Assembly: GCA_036946225.1 (NCBI GenBank)
Contig: JAQIJO010000002.1
Coordinates: forward strand, 377,386 to 441,385
Reading direction: 5' to 3'
DNA length: 64,000 nucleotides
Source: Xylophilus ampelinus
GTDB lineage: Bacteria; Pseudomonadota; Gammaproteobacteria; Burkholderiales; Burkholderiaceae_C
The notes beneath the pieces are model-generated. The model saw nothing but the letters and a program-made list of their open reading frames with translations, had not been told where the DNA came from and did not search any database. How positions within the stretch are numbered: position 1 is the first letter of the stretch; every line of letters begins with the position of its first letter. This document shows positions 18,585 to 27,454 of the stretch, piece by piece. The position numbers were made by a program, and so were the translations under genes.

Positions 18585-19775
18585 ATGCCGCATCTACCTG
18601 CTTCCCCCGCCTTACAACGATTCCGGGTGATCGACCTCACCCAGGTCCGCGCCGGCCCGACCTGCTGCCGCCAATTGGCAGACTGGGGCGCCGACGTGGT
18701 GCAAGTCCAGATGCCCGAGCACATGCGCGGCGACGACACGCTGGGCGGCCAGGACGGCTCGGACTACCAGTACACGCATCGCAACAAGCGCTCGATGACC
18801 CTGAACCTGAAGGAGCCCGAGGGCATCGTGACGCTCAAGCGGTTGATCTCCACCGCGGATGTGGTAGTCGAGAATTTCCGCCCTGACGTCAAGTTCCGCC
18901 TCGGCATCGACTACGAGTCTCTGGCTGCCGATCATCCCGGCTTGGTCTATGCCAGCATCTCGGGTTTCGGGCAGACCGGTCCGCTGGCCAAGCGCCCAGG
19001 CTTCGACCAGATCGCTCAAGGCATGGGCGGGCTGATGTCGGTTACCGGAACACCGGGTGAGGGTCCGATGCGGGTGGGCATCCCGATCGCTGATCTGTGC
19101 GCCGGGATCTTCGCGGCACAAGGGATCCTGGTGGCGTTGCTTGAGCGCGAAGCCTCCGGCCGCGGCCAGTGGTTGCACACCTCACTGCTGGAATCGATGG
19201 TCTACATGATGGACTTCCAGACCTCGCGCTACCTGATCGACGGCGAAGTTGGCGCCCAAGCCGGCAACTTCCACCCCACCAGCATCCCGACCGGCGTCTA
19301 TAAGGCCCGCGACGGCTACATGAACATCGCCGTCTTCGGCTCGAAGATCTGGGAGCGCTTCTGCAACATCCTGGGTGCTCCGGAATGGATCGACGACCCG
19401 CGTTTCCATGACAAGCCATCGCGTTCCATCAATCGGGAAGCACTCAACGCCGCGATTAACGACCGGCTCGCCGCCCACGATCGGACCCATTGGATCCGTG
19501 AGTTCAACGACGGGGGCGTGGCCTGCGGCTTGATCAGCGATGTGCGCGAAATGCTCGAGGAGCCGCAGATCCAACACCTCGGAATGGTGAAGGACGTGAT
19601 CTCCGCGAGGCTGGGCCCCCAGCGCATGGTGGGCCAGCCGGTGCAGCTCGAACGCACGCCCAGCGCGATCGTCCGGTCCGCTCCTCGACGCGGCGAGCAC
19701 ACCGAGGAGATCCTGACCGAACTCGGGCTCGCATCCGAGGACCTGCAACGCATGAAAGCCACTGGAGTCTATTGA
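18585..19775 (+). CDS. family III CoA-transferase (CaiB/BaiF type)
   Basis: MPHLPASPALQRFRVIDLTQVRAGPTCCRQLADWGADVV...VENFRPDV..RLGIDYESL....P.LVYASISGFGQTGP...PGFDQIAQGMGGLMSVTG. ATG at 18585 (AAAGG 5 nt upstream) is preferred over TTG at 18573. Confidence 0.9.
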   Translation: MPHLPASPALQRFRVIDLTQVRAGPTCCRQLADWGADVVQVQMPEHMRGDDTLGGQDGSDYQYTHRNKRSMTLNLKEPEGIVTLKRLISTADVVVENFRPDVKFRLGIDYESLAADHPGLVYASISGFGQTGPLAKRPGFDQIAQGMGGLMSVTGTPGEGPMRVGIPIADLCAGIFAAQGILVALLEREASGRGQWLHTSLLESMVYMMDFQTSRYLIDGEVGAQAGNFHPTSIPTGVYKARDGYMNIAVFGSKIWERFCNILGAPEWIDDPRFHDKPSRSINREALNAAINDRLAAHDRTHWIREFNDGGVACGLISDVREMLEEPQIQHLGMVKDVISARLGPQRMVGQPVQLERTPSAIVRSAPRRGEHTEEILTELGLASEDLQRMKATGVY

Positions 19776-19776
19776 G

Positions 19777-20610
19777 ATGAATGCAACGAACGAAGCGTCC
19801 GCAGTACCTGCGGCTTACGCCACCCGCACCGAACGCGTCGAGACCTGGCTCGACGGAACGACGCTCCACATTCGCTTCAACAATCCGGTGCGGCACAACG
19901 CCTTGTCGGTCGACATGTGGGAAGCGGTCCCGCCGCTGCTGCGCGCGGCGCAGGACGACGACCGGGTGCGCCTCGTGGTGTTCTCGGGCGCCGGCGGCAA
20001 GGCCTTCGTCTCCGGGGCGGACATCTCGCAGTTCGAGGACATGCGGGCCGCGAAGGAGGCGGTGACCCGGTACGAGGCCATGGCCGAGGAATCGCTAATG
20101 AGCATCCACGATTTTCCGAAGCCGACCCTTGCCTTCATCCGCGGCTACTGCATCGGCGGCGGGGTGAACGTGGCCATAAGCTGCGACATCCGTATCGCCA
20201 CCGCCGATTCGGTGTTCGCCATCCCGGCGGCGCGCCTCGGCCTGGGCTACCGCTATTCGGCAATGAAAAACCTGGTGGACCTGGTCGGCCCCGGCGTGGC
20301 GAAGGACCTGTTCTTCACCGCGCGCCGCATCGACGGGACCGAAGCGCACCGCGTCGGCCTGGTGTCGCGGGTCTGCCCGCCCGACGGACTGGACGCCTTG
20401 CTGGCCGAATATACCGGGGCCATTGCCGAGAACGCCCCGCTCACCATCGCCGCCTCGAAGGCGATCACCCGCGAGATCCTGAAGCCTTCGACGGATCTGG
20501 ACCAGGAACTCTGCGGCCGGCTCATCCGCGGCTGCTTCGAGAGCGCCGACTACGCCGAGGGCCGTACCGCCTTCATGCAGAAGCGCAAGCCGGCGTTCGT
20601 CGGCCGCTGA
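19777..20610 (+). CDS. enoyl-CoA hydratase/isomerase (crotonase) family protein
   Basis: ...RFNNPVRHNALSVDMWEA...VVFSGAGGKAFVSGADISQFE...KPTLAFIRGYCIGGGVNVAISCDIRIA is the crotonase oxyanion-hole region. Confidence 0.9.
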   Translation: MNATNEASAVPAAYATRTERVETWLDGTTLHIRFNNPVRHNALSVDMWEAVPPLLRAAQDDDRVRLVVFSGAGGKAFVSGADISQFEDMRAAKEAVTRYEAMAEESLMSIHDFPKPTLAFIRGYCIGGGVNVAISCDIRIATADSVFAIPAARLGLGYRYSAMKNLVDLVGPGVAKDLFFTARRIDGTEAHRVGLVSRVCPPDGLDALLAEYTGAIAENAPLTIAASKAITREILKPSTDLDQELCGRLIRGCFESADYAEGRTAFMQKRKPAFVGR

Positions 20611-20619
20611 GGAGCCCGC

Positions 20620-21597
20620 ATGAAGTCGTATTGGATGCAGATGACCGATACGGACACCGTGCTGGAATTGCGCGATGTCCCGCGCCCCGAACCGTCGGCG
20701 CGGCAGCTGCTGGTGCGCATGCGCGCCGCGGCGCTCAACCGAGGCGAATTCGTGGTGGGCCACGGGCTGCACGGCGCCGCCGGCAGCTGGAAGGCCATCG
20801 GGGGCGAAGGCGCTGGTGAAGTGATGGCTGCAGGGGACGAAGCGACCGGCTTTGCGCCCGGGGACCGTGTGATGGGCCGTTGCGCCGGCGCATTTTCCGA
20901 ATACGCGTTGATGGAGATGGATGAGGCCATGGCCATGCCTGACGGCCTCAGCTTCGTGCAAGCAGCCAGCGTCCCCATGACCTTCCTGGTCGCCTTCGAC
21001 ATGCTGGTGCTGCAAGGGCGGCTACAGGCGGGCGAGTGGCTGCTGGTCAATGGTGTGTCGTCGGGCGTGGGTGTAGCCTCGCTCCAACTGGGCAAGGTGC
21101 TTGGAGCCAGAGTGATCGGCACCTCAGGCTCGTCCGAAAAACTGGAACTGCTTAAAGGGTTGGGACTGGATACAGGCATCCGAACCCGGAATCCGGACTT
21201 CGCCCAACGAGTGATGGATGAGACCAACGGGCACGGCGCCGATCTGGTGGTCAATGCGGTGGGGGGGAGCATATTCGCGGAAAACCTCCGCGCCATGGCG
21301 TTCCAGGGGCGGCTGGCGACCGTGGGATATGTGGACGGCGTTGTGAGAGCCGAAATTGATCTCGAAGCGCTGCATGCGAAGCGGCTCACGCTCTTCGGCG
21401 TTTCGAACAAGCTACGCACTCGGCTGCAACGTGCCGCGGCGGTGCCCCGCTTCGTAGCCGAAGTGCTGCCGCACATCGTCTCCGGACGCATCCAGCCGCA
21501 GATCGATCAGGTGAAGCCGTTCGCTGAACTCCCGGCTGCGAAGGCGTTGATGGAGGCGGGCGGACACGCGGGGAAGATCGTGCTGCAGATTGATTGA
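20620..21597 (+). CDS. NADPH:quinone oxidoreductase-like medium-chain dehydrogenase/reductase
   Basis: ...LVRMRAAALNRGEF...GGEGAGEV...GDRVMG...LLVNGVSSGVGVASLQLGKVLGARVIGTSGS...GKIVLQ shows the MDR/zeta-crystallin pattern. Confidence 0.85.
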   Translation: MKSYWMQMTDTDTVLELRDVPRPEPSARQLLVRMRAAALNRGEFVVGHGLHGAAGSWKAIGGEGAGEVMAAGDEATGFAPGDRVMGRCAGAFSEYALMEMDEAMAMPDGLSFVQAASVPMTFLVAFDMLVLQGRLQAGEWLLVNGVSSGVGVASLQLGKVLGARVIGTSGSSEKLELLKGLGLDTGIRTRNPDFAQRVMDETNGHGADLVVNAVGGSIFAENLRAMAFQGRLATVGYVDGVVRAEIDLEALHAKRLTLFGVSNKLRTRLQRAAAVPRFVAEVLPHIVSGRIQPQIDQVKPFAELPAAKALMEAGGHAGKIVLQID

Positions 21598-21680
21598 GGG
21601 CGACTTTCGAATCAGTTGGTTCAATCACCGGGAGGCAGAGATTGCGCTACTCCCATTCATAAAAGATTAGGAGACAAGAC

Positions 21681-22673
21681 ATGCATCAGAAGAAACGGGA
21701 GTGGATCCTGGCCGCCTGCGCGGTCGCTAGCTTGACTGCGGCCTCCAGTCCAGTTTGGGCACAAAGTAGCGCGCCTTATCCGAGCAAACCAATTCGCTTG
21801 GTCGTAGGCTTCGCCCCGGGCGGTGCGGCCGATCTGGTGGCGCGTGCGATGAGCGATGCCTTCTCCCGGGCGATCGGTCAGCCGGTGGTGGTGGACAACA
21901 AACCCGGAAACGGATCCAGCATCGCCGCTGACATCGTCGCGAAGGCTGCGCCCGATGGCTACACCCTGCTCATCGCCAGCCCCAGCAGCATGTCGGTCAA
22001 CCTGGCGCTCAACCCTCGGCTTACCTACACCACCAAAGATTTCCTGCCGGTGACCAAAATCACCACCTCGCCCCTCGTGCTGGCAGTCAACTCCGAGACT
22101 GGAATAAAAACAGTGCCGGAGTTGATCGCCGCTGCGAAGAAAGACCCGGGCAAGCTGAACTACTCCACATCGGGCAATGGATCGGCTCCACACCTCGGCG
22201 CCGCGCTCTTCAGCCAAGTGACCGGAGCGGAGATGACCCATGTTCCCTACCGCGGAGGAAGCCTAGCGATCCAGTCAGTCATGGCGGGCGACACGCAAGT
22301 GACCTTCGGCACTTCGCCTTCGGTGCTGCCGCAAGTCAGCAGCGGAAAGCTGCGAGCATTGGCTGTCAGCACCCGCGACCGCTCCCCCTTGGTACCCAAC
22401 CTGCCAGGCATGGCCGAAGCCGGCTTGGCGGGCTACGACCTGGAGTTCTGGTATGGGATGTTCCTGCCCGCAGGCACACCTGCGTCGATCGCGAAGAAAG
22501 TCTATGACGCTACCGTCGCTGCCATGCAGCAGCCGCAAGTCAAGGCCACGCTGGCACGCGATGGGACCGAGGTGTCGGTGTCGGCTTCTCCAGCGCAATT
22601 TGAATCCTTCCTCGTGGAAGACGGTAAGTTCTGGACCACTCTGGTCAAGAGCGCCAAGGTCAAGGTCGAATGA
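21681..22673 (+). CDS. Bug-family (TctC-like) substrate-binding protein
   Basis: Signal MHQKKREWILAACAVASLTAASSPVWAQ. Motifs: YPSKPIRLVVGFAPGGAADLVARAM, NYSTSGNGSAPHLGAALF and THVPYRGGS. Confidence 0.9.
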   Translation: MHQKKREWILAACAVASLTAASSPVWAQSSAPYPSKPIRLVVGFAPGGAADLVARAMSDAFSRAIGQPVVVDNKPGNGSSIAADIVAKAAPDGYTLLIASPSSMSVNLALNPRLTYTTKDFLPVTKITTSPLVLAVNSETGIKTVPELIAAAKKDPGKLNYSTSGNGSAPHLGAALFSQVTGAEMTHVPYRGGSLAIQSVMAGDTQVTFGTSPSVLPQVSSGKLRALAVSTRDRSPLVPNLPGMAEAGLAGYDLEFWYGMFLPAGTPASIAKKVYDATVAAMQQPQVKATLARDGTEVSVSASPAQFESFLVEDGKFWTTLVKSAKVKVE

Positions 22674-22711
22674 GTGCGTCAGGCGTCGACAGGCGCGAGT
22701 AGGATTTGTGC

Positions 22712-23386
22712 ATGGTGATTCAATCCAGCAGCACGCGCGGGCCCGGCCTCTCGCATACCATCGCGGCCGAACTCAAGAAGCTTGTCTATTCGGGTGAGTT
22801 CATGCCGGGCGAGCGGCTCAACGAAGCGGCCCTGGCACTCCGGATGGGCACTAGCCGCGGGCCCATCCGCGAGGCGATCAAGGTCCTCGCCGGGCTCGGC
22901 ATCGTGACCGCGGTGCCGAACAAGGGCGTGTTTGTGCGGCAGCTGTCGCTGCGGGAGATGCTGGAGGTCTACGAACTGCGTGCGTTGGTCTTCGGCTATG
23001 CCGCCGAACGCTCATGCGAGAACATGACCGACGCTCATCGCCAGCGCTTCGAGCAGCTGCTGAACGCCATGGATCGAGCCTGCGACGAGGGCGACGGCAC
23101 GCTCTACTATGAACTCAACCTGCAATTCCACGCGCTCATCCTGATGCTCTCCGGCAACCAGCGCGCGCAGCAGGCCTACGATGACTACGTAAACGAACTC
23201 CATCTGGTGCGACGCAGGTACTTCAATGCGCCAGGCAACATGCGGCGGTCCAACGTGGAGCATCGCGCGATCTTCGATGCCATGGTGGCTGCCAATCCCG
23301 CAAAGGCGCGTGCTGCGGCCGAGAAGCATGTGCAGGCAGGCAAAGTCCGGCTTCTCTCTATTTTCGAAGCGCCTCTCACGCCTTGA
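22712..23386 (+). CDS. GntR-family transcriptional regulator, FCD subfamily (canonical single-wHTH architecture)
   Basis: ...GERLNEAALALRMGTSRGPIREAIKVLAGLGIVTAVPNKGVFVRQLS is a GntR wHTH. LNLQFHALILMLSGNQ is the FCD domain. ATG at 22712 with AGGA upstream; the ORF track starts at TTG 22706. Confidence 0.85.
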   Translation: MVIQSSSTRGPGLSHTIAAELKKLVYSGEFMPGERLNEAALALRMGTSRGPIREAIKVLAGLGIVTAVPNKGVFVRQLSLREMLEVYELRALVFGYAAERSCENMTDAHRQRFEQLLNAMDRACDEGDGTLYYELNLQFHALILMLSGNQRAQQAYDDYVNELHLVRRRYFNAPGNMRRSNVEHRAIFDAMVAANPAKARAAAEKHVQAGKVRLLSIFEAPLTP

Positions 23387-23435
23387 GTCAGCTCCCACCT
23401 CACGCCAACACAAGTCTCATCGATCGGAGCGGACC

Positions 23436-24487
23436 GGCGTTGTTGCATAACTCGCTGCCAGGCACCCTCATCAGGGCCCGAACTTGGTAGCCTCGCGGCA
23501 TGACCAAGCCCCCGAGAGCGAAGTACCACACGACGAACTGGACCGAGTACAACGCAGCGCTCAAGCGCCGCGGCTCCCTGACGGTCTGGCTCGATCCGGA
23601 TCTCCAGTGGCAAACGGGTGCCACCGGCCGTGCAGGTCGCCCTGCGGTGTTCAGCGACGCAGCGATCCAGTTCTGCCTGACCTTGAAATGCATGTTCGGA
23701 CTCGGTCTGCGCCAAGCCACCGGATTGGCTGAGAGCCTTCTCAAGCTTGCCCACCTCGACTGGAAGGTGCCCGACTACAGCACCCTCTCACGCCGCCAGA
23801 AAACACTGAACGTAGCTATTCCCCGCGCGTCCGAGCGGTGGCGGCCTGCACCTGCTGATCGACAGCACCGGCGTCAAGATGTTGGGCGAGGGCGAGTGGA
23901 AGACGCGCAAGCACGGGGCTGAGTACCGTCGGCAGTGGCGCAAGGTGCACTTGGGCATCGACAACCAGACGCTCGAAATCCGAGCGATCGAGATCACCGA
24001 CAACGCGATTGGCGACGCTCCCATGCTGCCCGAAATGCTGGCTCAGATTCCCGCAGATGAGCGACTGCACTCGGTGAGTGCGGATTGTGCTTACGACACC
24101 AAAGCCTGCCATGAAGCGATCGCACGCCGGCAGGCCGCAGCCATCATCCCGACCCGGAGAAACGCCAAACCGTGGGTCGACGGCAAGGCCGGAGCGCAGG
24201 TCAGGAACGAGATCCTGCGAGCCACCCGCAAGCTCGGTCGTGCGATCTGGAAGAAGTGGAGCGGCTACCACCGGCGCAGTCTGGTCGAGACGAAGATGGG
24301 GTGCTTCAAGCGACTCGGCGAACGAGTCATCGCGCGGGACTTTGATCGACAGGTCACGGAGTTGCAGGTCCGAGCATCGATCCTGAATCGGTTCACCCGG
24401 CTGGGCACGCCGCAGACGGTGCGCGTGGCCTAACTCCGTCTGGGGTTAGGGGAAGCTCGACCTCAGACAGGTTTATGCAACAGCGCC
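23436..24487 (+). mobile_element. IS5-family (IS903-like) insertion sequence, 1052 bp, transposase split by a frameshift
   Basis: Terminal IRs are GGCGTTGTTGCATAA (23436-23450) and the reverse complement of TTATGCAACAGCGCC (24473-24487), 14/15 identical and similar to the IS903 end GGCTTTGTTGAATAA. The transposase lies in two frames. Frame one is 23500..~23830: MTKPPRAKYHTTNWTEYNAALKRRGSLTVWLD...STLSRRQKTLNV. Frame two is ~23845..24433: LHLLIDSTGVKMLGEGEWKTRKHG...HSVSADCAYDT...YHRRSLVETKMGCFK. Confidence 0.8.
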
Positions 24488-24489
24488 TA

Positions 24490-24585
24490 GACAAGACCTA
24501 CTACCGGACCCTCGGGTCTCAGAACAGCGGGAACTGGTACGGGGATCCCCACAACGTGACGTTGACGGTGCAGGCGTTCTTCTGA
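24490..24585 (+). pseudogene. possible 3' remnant of an outer-membrane beta-barrel gene, cut by the IS903-like element
   Basis: The frame opening right at the IS end reads DKTYYRTLGSQNSGNWYGDPHNVTLTVQAFF-stop. An alternating-hydrophobic last strand ending in Phe is the usual OMP C-terminal signature. It is only 31 codons, so the call is weak. Confidence 0.3.
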
Positions 24586-24869
24586 AGGGGCGAATCTCTA
24601 ATACGCTGGATTTGAGAAGCCCCTGAACGTGTCCGCGTTCAACACGCTGGTGAAGACCGCGAGCGAGGTGCTGCGCTGGCATGAGCAGCACCTTGCCCCT
24701 CAATTGCGCAAGGAAGTGCAGATCGACGTGCGCGGCCTGCGCGTGACCTTCTGCCTTTAGATCGAGCCGGAAGCGACAATAGGTACGCTTTACGGGGATG
24801 GTCTATCCGCCCTGATGCCCATTTTCCCCTTGCTTCTTCAAATCCTTTCAAGGTGTTGCACGCTACACC

Positions 24870-27005
24870 TTACGGGGTGATGAGGCGGATTCGATGACCC
24901 TGTTGATCGGAAATCACCAACCGATTGCTTCCGTCGACGGCGACGTACGAGGGGTAATCGAACTTCGCGGTTGCGGCCGGGCCGTCGGCGTAAGCGCGCG
25001 TGCCGTCGCCCGCGATCGTGCTCAGCGTCCCGTCCGACTTCATCACACGGATGCGACTATTCTGGGCATCGGCGATGAATAGATTGTCGGCGGCGTCAAT
25101 CGCGAGACCGACAGGCTGATTGAGACGGGTCGCTGCGCCGTTCCCATCCACGTAGCCGGCCGATGAGTTGCCCGCCACCGTGGTCACCATCCCGTCCGTG
25201 CCGATCTTGCGGATCCGATGGCCGAATCGGTCGCTCACGAAGATGTTGCCGCTGCTGTCCACCGCGATACCGGTCGGAGTCCTGAATTCCGCCGTGGCGA
25301 CCGGGCCGTCGAGCGAATTCGATGCGCCGGTGCCTGCGATGGTCGTAACCAGTCCGGCCGTGGAGATCCTGCGGATTCGTGAGTTGTCATAGTCGGCGAC
25401 GACGATATTGCCATTCCTCTCCAGAGCAACGCCTGCAGGGAATCGGAACTGAGCCGCTGCTGCGCTTCCGTCGATGTAGCCTAGGATGCCGGTCCCCGCG
25501 ACGGTGGTCACCGTGCCATCCGGCGTGATCTTGCGGATCCGGTGGTTGCCGTAGTCCGCGACGATGAGATTGCCGGTGGAATCCATCGCGATGCCGACAG
25601 GGAAGTTGAATTGGGCGGACGTACCGTTCCCGTCCGCGAAGCCCCGCGCTCCGCCTGCGAAGGTGCTGACCGTACCGTCTGGGGCCACTTTGCGGATCCG
25701 GTCGGTCTCCGGCTCGGCGATGAACACATTCCCGCTCCTGTCCGCCACGATGCCATGCGGCCGGTTGAACTGCGCCGAGGTCGGATTGCCGTCAAGGTAG
25801 CCGGCAGTCCCCGTGCCGGCCAAGGTCGATACCTGGAAAGCGACCGAAGCGCAATTCACGGCGATGTTCGAGACATCGGCCGCTCCCATGGCGCCGCTGC
25901 CGTTGGAAGTCGTGCAGTTCAACCCGAAGGGGTGCGCCCGGGTGATGAGGTTGTAGCTGCTGCCGAAAGCCACCGGCTGCGCCATAGTGAAGAGGCTGGC
26001 GTTGGCAGCGACGTTCAGGACGTCACTCCCGTTGGCCAAGACCAATCCGAGAGCGTTCAAGCCCCCGATACTGCCCCCGAGGGTGAAGGTGCGGCTCGTA
26101 CAGGTCACGGTCACGTCAGCGACGTCCGCGCTCGCGACCGTCCCGGTCGGGTTCGCGACGATGCAGCTCTGACCCGCAGGCGGAGTCAGCACCGAGACGG
26201 CGTAGGCGTTGCCGGTGGGAATTGGTTGGCCGAACGCGAAACGTCCGTTCAATGCGACGTCCACGGTGTCGCTGCCATTGGCGAGGACGAGTCCGCTGCC
26301 AAGGAGGCCGCTGACGGTTCCGCCGAGACGCCAGGCCGCGACTGCAACCGGAGTGGTCTCGCATTCGACTTGGACGCTGGTGATCGGCGCATCGGTGACC
26401 TGACCGCTTCCACCGCTCACGCTGCAGACCTGACCCGCAGGCTGGCGTTCCACGAAGACCTTCCAGCTTCCTCCGCGCGCGATTTTCTGGGAAAGGACGA
26501 AGCTGGCATCCCCCGGATTGATGGCGATCGTGTCCGCCCCGTTGGCCAGCACCAGCCCGTTGCCGGTCAGGCCCCGAACGCTGCCACCCACGGTGAAGGC
26601 ATCGGCGGCGCATGTCAGGACCGCGTTGCGCATTGCTGCGTCGGGCATGGTGCCGGCACCGCTGTCGAAGCTGCAGGTCTGTCCCGCGGGTTGCGACGAA
26701 ACGGTCAACGCATAGCCCTCCCCGACCTTGACTGAGGACGGCATGACGAAGGAGGTGCTTCCGATGGGCACGCTGAGCGAGTCGCTGCCGTTGGTGATCA
26801 CGAGTCCAATACCGGCCAGCCCGCTGATGCTTCCTCCGATTTGGTGGCTCTGCAACGGTCGTTCTTCGACGGCTTTGGGAACTTCGACTGCGGTTTCGCT
26901 ATGACCGCCACATCCGACCAGTATCAAAACGGCCGCGAGTCCGCACAGGGCGGGTACGAGATCGCGACAAGAACGGATGGGACTGCTGACTAGGCTCATG
27001 AGCAC
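24870..27005 (-). CDS. lipoprotein with four ~85-aa N-terminal repeats and a six-bladed NHL-repeat beta-propeller
   Basis: Lipobox LILVGC (Cys32). Four repeats begin GGS(I/V)xGLxGxGLVLxNGxD...PAGQxC (aa ~56-386; nt 25848-26840). Six NHL repeats follow, such as GIAMDSTGNLIVADYGNHRIRKITPDG (nt 24873-25847). Confidence 0.85.
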   Translation of the reverse strand: MLMSLVSSPIRSCRDLVPALCGLAAVLILVGCGGHSETAVEVPKAVEERPLQSHQIGGSISGLAGIGLVITNGSDSLSVPIGSTSFVMPSSVKVGEGYALTVSSQPAGQTCSFDSGAGTMPDAAMRNAVLTCAADAFTVGGSVRGLTGNGLVLANGADTIAINPGDASFVLSQKIARGGSWKVFVERQPAGQVCSVSGGSGQVTDAPITSVQVECETTPVAVAAWRLGGTVSGLLGSGLVLANGSDTVDVALNGRFAFGQPIPTGNAYAVSVLTPPAGQSCIVANPTGTVASADVADVTVTCTSRTFTLGGSIGGLNALGLVLANGSDVLNVAANASLFTMAQPVAFGSSYNLITRAHPFGLNCTTSNGSGAMGAADVSNIAVNCASVAFQVSTLAGTGTAGYLDGNPTSAQFNRPHGIVADRSGNVFIAEPETDRIRKVAPDGTVSTFAGGARGFADGNGTSAQFNFPVGIAMDSTGNLIVADYGNHRIRKITPDGTVTTVAGTGILGYIDGSAAAAQFRFPAGVALERNGNIVVADYDNSRIRRISTAGLVTTIAGTGASNSLDGPVATAEFRTPTGIAVDSSGNIFVSDRFGHRIRKIGTDGMVTTVAGNSSAGYVDGNGAATRLNQPVGLAIDAADNLFIADAQNSRIRVMKSDGTLSTIAGDGTRAYADGPAATAKFDYPSYVAVDGSNRLVISDQQGHRIRLITP

Positions 27006-27186
27006 CTCAGGTAGACGATAAACGCAGAAGATCGATAGGAAAGTTGCCGGAACGTCCTCAAAGGAACTGCTCAGAAAACGTTCATGTACCTTAAATTTAC
27101 ATGAAATTACAAAACATGTCTTTTGTTTCTCATATTCTTGGCTTTACTTGTCGATAACGGACTGGATCACCGCGCTTTTGGATGTG

Positions 27187-27453
27187 CTATGCCGCCTTCT
27201 TGACCTTTTCAACGGTGCGATAGGCCCCCAGGCCGAGCAGCAGCGGCTACAGCGCTTCCGTCTCGATCACCGGGAGGCTGACCGGGTGCCCGGTCGTTTG
27301 GCCGAGCATGTAAAGCATCGGCCCGCCGATGAACTTGAAACCGACCGCGCAGCCGCAAATCCACCTGACGAAGAGGCGCCAGCCACCCTTGAAAAGCCGG
27401 GTGCTCGCCGCCTCGATCTTGTTGGTGTCGGTCTGGCCGGCGGCCAGCTGCAC
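27187..27453 (-). pseudogene. unassigned ORF fragment with an in-frame TAG, abutting the IS5 fragment
   Basis: VQLAAGQTDTNKIEAASTRLFKGGWRLFVRWICGCAVGFKFIGGPMLYMLGQTTGHPVSLPVIETEAL, then TAG (27247-27249), then PLLLGLGAYRTVEKVKKAA. The upstream part is lost at the IS boundary. No family recognised. Confidence 0.25.
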
Positions 27454-27454
27454 T

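Noticed and set aside
24600-24760. Possible 43-codon ORF (VSAFNTLVKTASEVLRWHEQHLAPQLRKEVQIDVRGLRVTFCL) between the IS903-like element and the NHL gene
   Set aside because: It has no RBS and no recognisable family, and it lies in a region of gene debris. There is not enough support to call a gene.
25848-26840. Periodic DNA repeats (~250-bp period) and the Ser/Thr-coding low-complexity tract at 61284-61418, considered as CRISPR or tandem-repeat loci
   Set aside because: Both lie inside well-supported coding frames, as protein domain repeats and a linker. The repeat units are diverged at the DNA level and there are no short direct repeats with unique spacers. No CRISPR array is visible anywhere in the window.
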